From Hemiscyllium ocellatum (Eukaryota), in the NCBI RefSeq assembly GCF_020745735.1, contig NC_083408.1, positions 91,170,484 through 91,234,483 on the forward strand: 64,000 nt of DNA. Reading direction: 5' to 3'. The notes beneath the pieces are model-generated. The model searched no databases, was not told the DNA's origin, and saw only the letters and a program-made list of their open reading frames with translations. Positions within the stretch are counted from its first letter, which is position 1. Each line of letters begins with the position of its first letter. Shown piece by piece: positions 52,941 to 64,000 of this stretch. Position numbers and translations under genes: made by a program.

Positions 52941-53539
52941 GCAAAAGTGAGGACTGCAGATGCTGGAAACCAGAGTCTGGATTAGAGTGGTGCTGGAAAA
53001 GCACAGCAGGTCAGGCAGCAGCCGAGGAGCAGGATAAATCGATGTTTCGGGCAAAAGCCCTTCATCAGGAATAGAGGCAGGGAGCCTCCGGTGGAGGGAG
53101 CTGGGGAGAAGGTAGCAAAGAGTACAATAGGGGGGTGGGGATGGAGGTGATAGGTCAGAGGGGAGGGTGGAGTGGATAGGTGGGAAGGAGGATTGGCAGG
53201 TAGGACAGGTCACGAGGACAGTGCTGAGCTGGAAGTGGACTTCACCAGCTTCCTCATTTCCCTTCCACCCCACCTTACTCCAGTCCCAACCTTCCAGCTC
53301 AGCACCGTCCCCATGACCTGTCCTACCTGCCAATCTCCCTTCCCACCTCTCCACTCCACCCTCCCCTCTAACCTATCACCTCCACCCCCATTCACTATTG
53401 TACTCTTTGCTACCTTCTCCCCAGCTCCATCCTCCCTATTTAGCTCTCCCCATCCCCCCCACCCCAGAGGCTCCCTGCCTCTATTCCTGATGAAGGGCTT
53501 TTGCCTGAAATGTCAATTTTCCTGCTCCTCGGATGCTGC
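52941..53539. mobile_element. ~600-bp fold-back PLE terminal-repeat insertion with two hammerhead motifs, in the GON7 intron
   Basis: 16-bp TSD CTCCCCAAAAGATTAG (52925-52940, 53540-53555). Segment 53015-53235 is the inverted copy of 53291-53540. Confidence 0.9.
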
Positions 53540-54142
53540 CTCCCCAAAAGATTAGTCTACCAACGATTTAGGTTCGTGAGGAATCACCACCTGAGTGAGC
53601 AAAGTGACCAACCCTTATTGAACCATGTGCCAAAAACAACATTAGATAAAATGAATGTTGAAATCTATGGGGATTGGCAGAAACCTTAATTCCAGGAAAT
53701 CCCTGCATGGCCACTCATGGTTTCCAAAACGATTACAGAACTTTAAGGGCAGAATGAATGTAGGTTCAGGAAGGTTCGGTTCCGTAAACAGAATCAGATC
53801 CTTCAAAGCCACATGTTTTATGGGCGTGCAACTAAACTAATTTCACCACCAGCTTCTCAAGGATAATTAAGGTATGGGAAATAATTGCTCGCCTAACCAG
53901 TGATGCCAACAACCTACGCACAAGCTTAAAAAAACACAGGAAAAAGCTGGAGCCTATGCAAAGGAGGCAACTGGAGTAACTGGTTGTGAAGGAGTGAGGG
54001 ACAGAGACAGGACAATAGATCAGAATGTGCCCTTGCAATAAAATTTAAAATGCAAGGATGAGAGATGGTCTATAGATACATTGATAGAGTTAGATACAGC
54101 AGCATGAATGGTGTAGAATATAAACACCAGCATGAAGTGAAA

Positions 54143-54530
54143 TGCCCCAGCCTATTCAGCCTCTCCCTGTAGCTCAAATCTCCAACCCTGGCAGCATCTT
54201 TGTAAATCTTCTCGGAACCCTTTCAGGTTTCACAAGATCCTTCCACTAGGAAAAAGACCAGAATTGTACGCGATATTCCAAAAGTGGCTGAACCAATGTC
54301 CTGCACAGCCCGCAACATGACCTCCCAACTCCTATACTCAATTCTCTGACCAATAAAAGGAAAGCATACCAAACACCTCCTTCACTATCCTATCTAACTG
54401 TGACTCCACTTTCAAGGAGCTATGAACCTGCACTCCAAGGTCTCTTTGTTAAGTAACACTCCCCAGGACCTTACCATTAAGTGTACAAGTCCTGCTCCGA
54501 TTTGCTTTTCCAAAAATGCAGCACCTCGCA
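54143..54530 (-). mobile_element. CR1 internal fragment
   Basis: Reverse complement of the CR1 RT C-terminal region (compare 42720-43090). Confidence 0.8.
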
Positions 54531-54603
54531 TTCTAAAAATCAATTCACTGACCAATAAAGAAAAACATTCCAAATGCCTTCTTGGTATACCAAAGATAAA
54601 CAT

Positions 54604-54738
54604 TAGAGTATTGCTGGAAAAGCACAGCCGGTCAGGTAGCACCCAAGGAGCAGGAAAATCAACATTTCAGGCAAAAGCCCCTCATCACCACTCTAATGTA
54701 GACTCTGATTTCCTGCATCTGCAGTCCTCACTTTTGCC
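54604..54738. mobile_element. 135-bp inverted PLE mini-insertion
   Basis: TSD TACCA(A/C)AGATAAACAT (54588-54603, 54739-54754). The left arm is minus (decayed hammerhead); the right arm is plus (3' tail). Confidence 0.85.
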
Positions 54739-56796
54739 TACCACAGATAAACATCTTTTCTCAGTTCCTCTCTTTCAAAAAGCACACAAAAAACTTTATC
54801 ACCAAATCTTCATTTCCGGGTCAATAGGTACAACATCTTAGTTACACGTTGCCAAACCATGGCTGGAAAATTCTATCAAGCCCAATACTGTGGCATTACA
54901 CACCGAAAGACACAATGCATAGAGCTCAACTTTAGTCACTTAAGAGATTTATCCCAAACAGACATGTTGATAGCTAAAACCCAAGAGCTCCACAATAATA
55001 TGCATCATTTGTCATGGATAACATTTTCTTTGTCAATCGTGATCACATTACAGACACCAGTACATTTTCCTTAGTGTAAATTCTTGTTCGCATCTGTTCA
55101 GTTATTGCTTCCAGTAATTGTACATTAGTGAAGCTTCCCTGCACAAAACCATCAAGTTCAAAGCTCAGCCTTGGGCATTTTAGTGATTGTGGGGGTGGGG
55201 GGAAATGGTTTAAAAATGGCACATAACATACATCTGAATTGACCGAACGACAGCAAAGACTCTACCAAGAATAGGAATAATTTATTATAAGAACTTGAAT
55301 TACAGTAATTGCTTGCAAACTGACCAAAAACCTTTGGTACAAAAAAATCTGAAATTTAAAAACCAAACTTGCTAAAAAATGCACTTCATTAAGTGGAGGC
55401 TTAGACACTTAAAAATAGACAAAATTGAAAAATAAAACCAGTCCACCTAGATAGTCCCACACAGTCGTGGGCATCACAATATTATCACCTTCTAATCCAC
55501 CCAAAGCTATGTAAATCTCATGGGAAACGCCAATCAGATTTTAAAATCCAGACCAATTAGCAGGAAATAAATTGGGAAACCAATTTATTCTGTATCTTGA
55601 CAAGTGCTAATAGGCCAGCTGTATACTTCCTGAATTTTCTATTTTATTTCAGATTTCCAGCATTTCTGATGGTTCGTTATTTTACTGAAATGTGCAAATG
55701 TCCTTTTCAGTCAAGAAGAAAAACAATCAAGATTTTCTTTCACATGAAAAAGATGATTTCCTGGAAGATACGAAAGGTAATTATGGATTCCATATCATGA
55801 AAAACAAACAAACATTTCAACTGAACAAACTAATTTTCGGTCATTATTTTTTTCTTGCACAGACAAAAGGCTGACCCGTTTTCTAGCTTCATTTTTGAAT
55901 GTACTGCTAGCAGAGTTATTAGCTTAAATGAATCATGCTTCCAGGCAGTACCTGACAGAACTGAAAAGCCATTTCTGATATACAGTACTGTAAATCCACC
56001 AGCCTCTGCTCCGCATATTAAATTAATTTGAAAATGATAATCAAATAACAACATATTCTTCACATTGTATTATTGGTGGCAGCAAGTATACTTGTCAAGA
56101 ATTCTGCCTTCACTAGGAAGCCTAATAACATGCACTTAAATACTTCCTCCAGCAACTATGAAAAGAAAGGGACCTTCATGTTAATAATTAAAACAATGTA
56201 AAATACAAAGTACAATTTCAAGTTACTTTTAAAAAAGTAATGAATTCCACAAAAACACATTGTTATAAATACCAAGAATACATTCCAATCTTTCATTCCA
56301 GAGGGAAAGAAACAATGATTGTTCTTATAAAGACAGAGTTTGTGCATCAAATCTGAAGTATACAATATGCTGAAGCAAGCAGAAACCAGGAGCATTCCCC
56401 CATTGGGAGAGAAATGCAAGAATATAGCAATGAGATGGAATCATCCCAGATTGTTCTCTTGGTGTTTTAAACAGTTGCAAAGTGCTTTTGGCAGAATTGT
56501 GATAGCACCGGTTGAAGACACCTCAAAGAAAAAAAGAACTGAGAAAAATACAACTTCAATCAAGATCAATATCAAAAATATAATCAAGAATAAATCCACC
56601 CTAACTTGCGACTTTCAAATTGGGAGGGAAAAGATGGCTCCCAAACAATTAGTCTTGTCTTGATCAATCATTAGAAGCCCTAAAGAAAGATTCAGGTACA
56701 GTATTCAATGGAAACTTCAAAAGGCTTTAAACAGAATTCTTCATATAAATCAGATTATGTATTGTTTAAAATTAACTGCAAATAGGTCAATGTTGT

Positions 56797-57085
56797 TTAG
56801 AGTCATAGAGTCAGAAATGTACAGCACGGAAACAGATCCTTCGGTCCAAACCATCCATGCCGACCAGGTATCCCAACCCAATCTAGTCCCATCTGCCAGC
56901 ACCCGGCCCATATCCCTCAAAACCCTTTCTATTCGTATACCCATCCAAATGCCTTTTAAATATTGCAATTATACCAGCCTCCAACATTTCCTCTGGCAGT
57001 TCATTCCATACATGTACCACCCTCTGCGTGAAAACGTTGCCCCGTAGGTCTCTTTTATATCTTTCCCCTCTCACCCTAAACCTAT
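56797..57085 (-). mobile_element. CR1 3' end
   Basis: FRVRGERYKRDLRGNVFTQRVVHVWNELPEE plus tail. Confidence 0.88.
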
Positions 57086-59486
57086 GATCTCCAGCATCTG
57101 CAGTCCTCACTTTCTAACTGGGTTTGATCCCAGCATCACAGATAGCAAAGTCTGAAATAAATAAAAATCTTTAATTAAAACTGGATGAAACGTAGCAATT
57201 GGAAATGGTCATAAAGGCAGATCTGGTTCACTAATTTCCTCAGGAAAGGAAATCTTGTCATCCTACCCTGGTCTGCTTACATGACTCCAGATTCAAAGCA
57301 ACGTGGTTAATTCTTAACTGCCCTCAGTCCTCCGTTCAAGAGCAATTAGGGATGGGCAACAAATGCTGACTGTGTCAGTAATGCCCAAATCTCATGAGAA
57401 GATAAAGAAAAAGATGCAGTGCTATAGAAGCATTACATTGTCAGGAGGTAACATTTTTGAATGAGGTATTAAACAATGGTCAATCTAAAAGATTTCACTT
57501 TAGAAGACATGGTGAGTTCAGAGGCCATGGCTAACACTGATCACTCAACAAACAACCAAACTAATTGTGTGTCATTTATCTCATTCACATTTTGCGTTAG
57601 CTTGCTGCACAAAAAAATGACTCCATTATTTGGCGACATTACAAAAATCATTACACTTCATAAAACATTTGCTGCGATAGGGAAGAATCTTGGAGCATTC
57701 AAAGGTTAGGAAAGATGCCATACAGAACCACAAAATGGTCACATGCACAAAAGGAGACCATTTGGCCCTCACATCTACCCTGGCTCTCTGAAGGAACAAT
57801 GTACCAAATGGCAACTTCTCTGCCTCCTCCCTTTTCAAATAAAAAGGGTGAAACGTGAAAAAGCACTGCCCGAGTGTGTACTGGAAGCAGGTTCACATGA
57901 AGCATTCAAAAGGGAATTAGATTGCTATCTGAAAAGGAAGAATGTGCAGGGTTATAAGGAGTGGGCTGGAGAACAGCACTTAATTATTTGTTTGGACAGC
58001 AGTGCAGCCAAATGGCCTCCTTCTACAGATAAAATAATTGTGATAAATTAATTTGTTCTCGATTTCCTCAACTGAACCTGCCTCCCTATACTTGAAGTAC
58101 ATTCTAGACCTGAACCCAATGGGCTGCATAAAGAGGTTTTTCCTCGATGTTGTCATTTTTTCTTTTGCCAATTAACGTCAACTCAGTTTTTCCCTTATTC
58201 TCAACCCTTCCATCAACAGTTTGCCCCTTTTCACGGTCATACAAATGTAAGCTATTTCCTAATTAGGGAGGGGAGAACACAGAGCTGATGAGACAGGAAG
58301 GAATACAATGTGGTGCTGGGCAGAGGAAGAAGAATTAGACTCAAACTGTTGTCCAGGAGAGGACAGGTCAGGACATGTGCAAGATCATCCACACTTTCTA
58401 TTATATTCCCAACGTTCCAACCAAGGTTTAGTCAATCCCTCCCTCAAACTACAATGCATGGAAAAAAACCCAGCAACATCCATGTTAGAAATAGACCTCA
58501 CATATTAATAAATTTCAGTCCGAGTCAAATTCTGAAGCAGCAAATTTTATTGATACGTACTTGCAAGAACGGGTGCCTAGCAAGTAAGCACCCCGATCTG
58601 TGGGTTACATTCTGATTTATGCTGTTCAGCTGTGTCTCTCGGTCCTCCCCTTTCACCCCATTGGTTACTTTTGCTGTAGCGTGTAGCCTATCACAAGCTC
58701 TAGCTTCACTCCAGCTTTGTCTGGCTTCTCTCCACCTCTGTTTACATCTTCCATTACTCTAAGCCTGTTGTCCCTTACTCTTATTTATCTCATTCCTCAT
58801 ATGTGACTATCCTGGCACTGTTTGCAGTCTTTGTGCGATCATCCTGCCAAACTAAATTCCATCCGTTGGGCACATCCCTCCTGTGACTGGCACACTATTC
58901 TCCTGTTACTGGTACATCCCGCTACACGGTTGCTCTGCCCTATTAGTCATAAATAATTCTACCTGTTTTCGTTTCACACTGTTTAGTATTGGCATGCGCA
59001 GCCTAATTTTATAATGTAAGCTTTTGCAGAAGCAACAGCTGTTCCCTTATTCTGCACAGTTTTAACCCTATACCTTACAACCCATCATGACCTTAGGATT
59101 CTTTCTATCATGGGGAGGGTGGAATAGAGAATTAAAAAATATAGCAACATCAAGAATTAACTCGACTTATTGTAGGAGGACAGGAGATGGGCACATTTGA
59201 CGTAGGAGCAGGAGAAGACCTTCCTGGTTCACTTATCATGGCAGTTTTGATTGTGGTCTCATCTACACTGTCCTGTTTGTACCACCCAACTCCATGGCCA
59301 ATTAAAAAAAAAGCTAATCTGGCTAAAATTTATCACCACTTCCATTCTGTCCACCTTCAGATAAAAAGAATGCTCCACAACCATCTCCCCTACTTCTAGT
59401 CTCCACAACAGAAGGGAGCATCCTCCTGGAATCCATCTCAAGGTCTTAGATGTGTGAACAAGGTCACTGTAGTGGGATGCCTTTGG

Positions 59487-59692
59487 TACAGGAAAAGCAC
59501 AACAGGTCAGGCAGCATCCGAGCAGGACAATCGCCGTTTCGAGCAAAAAAACCTTCATCAGAAATAAGGCCTGTTTCCTGATGAAAGGCTTATGCCTGAA
59601 ACGTCGATTCTCCTGCTCCTCGGATGCTGCCTGACTTGCTGCGCTTTTCCAGCACCACACTCTCGCCTATGATCGCCAGTCCTCACTTTCCC
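59487..59692. mobile_element. Fold-back PLE mini-insertion with two opposed hammerhead motifs
   Basis: 59491-59563 is the inverted copy of 59574-59650; GTACAGGA occurs at both flanks. Confidence 0.8.
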
Positions 59693-59874
59693 ATAAGTAC
59701 AGGAGCTGGCCATTCAGCCCATCGAACCTGTGTACACCACGGGGAATCAAAATCGATCAGAGCTCTCTTCCGCAGCCTCGGAAGAAACCAAATGGTTTCA
59801 CAAATGGATTGAGGAGCATCCTGCTGAGCAATAATATTTTAACACATTTCTTCCCCCTCCTCCCCAAGACTCAC

Positions 59875-60100
59875 CGGCAGTGCTGGAGGCCGGGCTCTCC
59901 GGGCAGCTCTGCCCTTGCTGCTGTCCCTTCTCCTGCAGGACGAGCTCGCTGAGGGCGACCTGGAGTTGCTGCTGCAGCAGGCGGACTCCGCTCAGCACGC
60001 CGGGGACGGTGCAGGCGGTGCGGACAGCGAAGCGGCGCCGCTCGCCGCTCCGGGGACACAGCTCCCCGCACAGCTCGCACTCAGGGGCCGGGGTGCACAT
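59875..60100 (-). CDS. GON7: GON7 exon 1 coding part
   Basis: MCTPAPECELCGELCPRSGERRRFAVRTACTVPGVLSGVRLLQQQLQVALSELVLQE resembles GON7 (EL.GE...G...L.V.......LLSGV..M...V.EL..LV). Donor CCG|GTGAGT at 59874; head-to-head with UBR7 as in other vertebrates. Confidence 0.88.
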
Positions 60101-60451
60101 GTCCGGGCGGCGGCGGCGGCGACAGTCCAGCCCGGGGAGGGAGCCGAGGGACGCAGTGGCCCGCCCTCTTCACTGTCGGAAGAGAAAAAAGCAAACGAGT
60201 CAATACAAGGCAGCGGCAGGAGAGAGAGAGAGAGGAAGATGACAAGAGGACCCAGCTTCTCGGTAAATGCACGTAACAATAAGAGACCTCACCGAGGCAC
60301 AGTCCCTCACTCACAGCGGGCGGTGTCTTCAGTCAAACCGGGTTAGACAGACAGACAGAGAGGGAGGGAGGCGGCCACAGGGAGGGAAGGGGGAGGTTGC
60401 CACATGCAGCTTTAAATTGCCCCCAACCCGGAAGTCTTTGTACATTTCGAG
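60101..60451. promoter_or_regulatory. GON7/UBR7 bidirectional CpG-island promoter
   Basis: 351 bp between the divergent ATGs. ETS site CCGGAAGT at 60428; YY1-like GAGATGGCGGC over the UBR7 ATG. CpG-rich from 59860 to 60800. Confidence 0.85.
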
Positions 60452-60604
60452 ATGGCGGCAAACGAAGGGAATCACAAGCGGCCGCTGGAAGAGGAGGATC
60501 CCATCGTCTCCCTCGCCGATGTCCTGGAAGAGGACGAGCAGCTGGAGAGCGAAGCCTGCGCCGTTCTAGGCGGCAGCGACTCCGACAAATGCTCCTACTC
60601 GGAC
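60452..60604 (+). CDS. UBR7: UBR-box/PHD E3 ligase UBR7 exon 1
   Basis: MAANEG...PIVSLADVLEEDEQLESEACAVLGGSDSDKCSYSD; donor GAC|GTGAGG, phase 0. Confidence 0.96.
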
Positions 60605-61971
60605 GTGAGGTTTTATTTAGTGTTTCTGTTTTGGGCGGCGTGCTGGGTTTTTCTCCCCCTCTTTAAGCGGGAGTGTGTGTGTCCTTTGTCTGCGCGCAGC
60701 TCCTCGGCATCGCGACCCCTTCTTCCCCCCCTAAATCCCAGCCCGACCCCTCGGGTTAGGGTCGAGGTCCTGAACCGGGGAACCTCTGTTCACAGGCGGA
60801 CAGGGATGTTCAGAAGAACTGGGTGTTTTTTTTTAAACTGTGTGTACGGATGTGTATGTGCGCACCTCCCCTTCCCCAAAAAAACATTCATAAACCCACA
60901 ACAAGATAGGAGCCACCCGATTCCAGCTGACTGCAGATGTAAAATGAACATCCTTGATGGAAGGAGCAAGCTATATTTTAAGCCCGTGGTTTGAGGGTGC
61001 AGTTGTTGCAGATTGGTGGATCCCTGTAGATTCAGTAGCAGCCACAAGCCGTGTTAATTACATCTCAATGTCAACCACCACCACCACCACCACCACCCCC
61101 TTCCATCTGGCGCCTTTTTCTTGTCATACCTTTTCAACCTTGGTGATTGGCCAGAGCGCAGAGAATTGGTTACAGTTTGGAATGTTGATACTTGTACGGG
61201 GGTGGGGCCAGGGACTGGTGGAAGATGAAGAATGGGACTCTTGGTGGGATGGAGTTGGGGGGTTGGTGGGCACTTGATCTGTAGGACTCTTGGGCAGACT
61301 TTGTATTCTGCACTTCCTGGATTCAGGAACTCCATTTGATTTGTGACTTCTTTTTTGTATGACCCCACATCTCCCTAAGCAGCAGCAAGCTGCAGCAGTC
61401 CCAACTGAGCTTATGCTGTCCATTGTACTTGCACTGTCACTGAGATGCTGCTTCATCTGTTACCTGAGGAGTATGTCAATAGCTGACGTTAATGCAGCCC
61501 CTTTTTAATGTAGTAAAGTGAAGGAGAGTGCCTCACAAGAATATTACAAACTCTGAGACCAGCCACATGTGGAAATGCCATGGCGAAAACTGAATAGGTT
61601 GGGCAAAGAGGTCAATTTGAAGTGATGCCTTTGAAGAAAGAAGGAGATGTAGAGATTTAAGGAGGTTTCAGAGCATAGAACATTGAGGACAATGCTTTCA
61701 GCCACCTATGATGGAGTGGTAAGAATCTGAGAATGTTCATGAGGTCAGAGTTAAATGTGCGTAGATAGCCTGGAGGGTTTTGGAATTATGGAGAGGAGCC
61801 ATGTCAAGGGGGGAGAGAATCTTGAAAATCAAATTGAGATTTTTCAAATCAAAGCGTCACTTGTTTGAGAGCCACTGTAGGTCATTGAGCTCTGGGTTGG
61901 ATGTGTGGCATTTGTGCAGGTTAGGTCAGGGTAGCAGATGTTGTTTGAGCTCTAGTTTCAAAGTATGGACT

Positions 61972-62270
61972 ATTAGATTATTAGATTCCCTACAGTGTAG
62001 AAACGGGCCCTTCGGCCCAACAAGTCCACACTGACTCTCCGAAGAGCAACCCACCCAGATCCATTCCCCTAACTACGAGCAATTTAGCAAGGCCAATTCG
62101 CCTAATCTGCACATCTTTGGACTGTGGGAGGAAACTGAAGCACCCAGAGGAAATCCACGCAGACACAGGGAGAATGTACAAACTCCACACAGTCAGTTGC
62201 CCGACATGGGAATTCAACCCAGGTCCCTGGCACTGTGTGGCAGCAGTGCTAACTACTGTGCTTCCCTGGG
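61972..62270 (-). mobile_element. HE1-type V-SINE
   Basis: Same head, V-domain and tail as 26222-26740 and 52238-52580. Confidence 0.88.
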
Positions 62271-63011
62271 GAAACCAGTCAGGATTTGGAGGGTCACACT
62301 TCTTTATTCAAGTTAATACCAAGATATTTCTGTTGTGTGCAGCAAAAATGTTTCTTGCAGTTGTAGGTAGGAAAGAAAAAAACCTCTTTGATTTTCTGTT
62401 TTGCCCAGCTTTTTCTTTTTAGGTGGTTAACAGTTTCTTTCAGGTTACGCTCTGGCCCTCTGGAGTACTTCAATATTTGTGGGAAGTTCTTGCATAAGAC
62501 CACCTTGAAAGCTATTAGCCTATTTTAGTTCTGGTATAGACAAACCAATTTACTTTTATATAATTCAAGAAGCTCCTGACTTTGAGAGATTTTCCAATCA
62601 TGTTCAGAGACGTTAATACATACTTCTGGAGCAGGTGGGACTTGAACCCTGGCATTCTGGCTCAGAGGTTGGGACACTACTCCTGCACCATAAGAACCCT
62701 TAAGCTCTTGACTTTGATACTTAAATTGTGGTTAGTTAATTTAGAACCATCTTGCCTAAAGTCAAAACTGTAATCCCTCCCCACTGTTCCATATTGATCT
62801 AGAATGTATTTCGATAGATGGAACAACAGTACCGTATGCTCCAGTTAGATTGTGTGCTTGACAACCTTTGGTTTTGACCCCCTCCACAGTTCATTTAATT
62901 TTGCAATTAACCTGTGCTGGATTTGCTTCCGCAGTAGTTGCATTAATGGTCAGAAGTTGTTGCAGCTGCACTTCGGAATCCCTTCCTTTCTAACTGCTGT
63001 TTTCCTTGCAG

Positions 63012-63145
63012 GGCTATGTGAAGAGACAGGCATTATATGCTTGTAATACTTGTACACCAAAGGGAGGACAGCCTGCTGGCATTTGTCTGGCTTGTAGCTA
63101 CAAGTGTCATGAAGGCCATGAGCTGTTTGAATTGTATACTAAAAG
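63012..63145 (+). CDS. UBR7: UBR7 exon 2 (UBR-box zinc finger); gene continues beyond the window
   Basis: Acceptor TTTTCCTTGCAG|; GYVKRQALYACNTCTPKGGQPAGICLACSYKCHEGHELFELYTK(R); donor AAG|GTACAG; 134 nt. Confidence 0.97.
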
Positions 63146-63559
63146 GTACAGTGTTGCTCACCATCACACTTCAAACTGAGAGTTAAGGTACTAAATTGGA
63201 CAGTGAAGGGAAATCCAGAAGAATTACATATTTATATAGGGCATTGACTTGAGAGAGCACAGCCTCAGTTGTGAGGACATGATGTAGTGGAAGGCTGGTT
63301 GAGGCCAGGATGCTGGGCTTACTACTCACAACATTGGAGAAGAGTGACATTTTCAAATTGCAATCTGTACTACATACAACTCTGGTAACCTGTCCATGAA
63401 TTTTACTGACTGTCTTTCCATTTGGGATACTGCAAGTTGGAAACTTAGTGCTATTGTCTAATCAGCAGATAAATCTGCAGTCAGGATTTGCTGGTATCTG
63501 CGACCAAGGTAAAATAAGCAGAAATTTTTAAATTGAAGTTCTATACATTCTCTGCCACC

Positions 63560-63601
63560 TCCCCCCCCACCCCCCCCCCCCCCCCCCCCCCCCCCCACCC
63601 C
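63560..63601. repeat. Poly-C tract (~41 nt, two interruptions)
   Basis: Directly visible. Confidence 0.95.
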
Positions 63602-64000
63602 GAAACACCTTGTGGTACCAGTGTGCTGCATCCCACTAAGCCGTCTCAAATGACTATGCTCTGGAAGAGTCAAATCAAATAGTGGAACATTTAGTTGTTC
63701 AAGGTTCACGTAAAATGTGAGATGAAATCTATTGCAGGTTCTAATGTAAAAATATATTTTTAAAAAAACTGCAATTTTTTCAGCAGTAGGAAATGATAGG
63801 TATTTTAAATATTTTATAAGTGGAACATTAGCTATAATTCAGTAATATTTAATAACTGCTTGATATTAGATTGTCAAAGAAAGTGTTTTTAAAAAAAACT
63901 TTCAACAGAGCAGTAGTTAAATTATTTTAAAAACTCCTAGTTTTGTAGGGGTAATTTCTTATCACTAAAATATGCCTTCTTGTATTCTAGAAACTTCCGT

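Noticed and set aside
14440-59660. CRISPR-like or prokaryotic system from recurring short repeats
   Set aside because: The repeats are dispersed retroelement termini with TSDs in a spliced vertebrate locus; there is no repeat-spacer periodicity and no cas genes.
59798-59874. GON7 as a single-exon 100-aa ORF
   Set aside because: A consensus donor GTGAGT at 59874 and a matching acidic exon 2 at 51216-51304 show it is spliced.
60605-60994. Extension of the UBR7 ORF to 180 aa
   Set aside because: Read-through past the donor at 60605; homology resumes only in exon 2 at 63012.

Overview
Eukaryotic, repeat-rich vertebrate DNA. It is almost certainly a cartilaginous fish (shark), inferred from HE1-type V-SINEs, HER1/CR1 LINEs, Deu-domain SINEs and abundant Penelope-like elements. 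The window holds the conserved block ITPK1(-, 5' end) - LYSET/TMEM251(+) - GON7(-) - UBR7(+, first two exons), the same order as human 14q32.12 but with no recognisable MOAP1. A large part of the window is retroelements: a full-length CR1 carrying a nested young CR1 with an intact RT frame, a full-length decayed L1 with TSD, Tx1, Rex1/Babar and L2 fragments, probable solo LTRs, and Neptune-type Penelope-like elements (PLEs). The most striking unannotated signal is a set of about a dozen minimal type-I hammerhead ribozyme motifs (CUGAUGA-A-stemII-GAAAC-GUC). They occur in the PLE terminal repeats and in 90-600 bp mini-insertions from at least four sequence families. Several have 14-16 bp TSDs, fold-back structure and 5' junctions that cluster at the ribozyme core, and one forms a 368-nt hammerhead-to-hammerhead retrozyme-like unit. 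Gene and repeat identities come from recalled family motifs, not from database searches; repeat boundaries are approximate.
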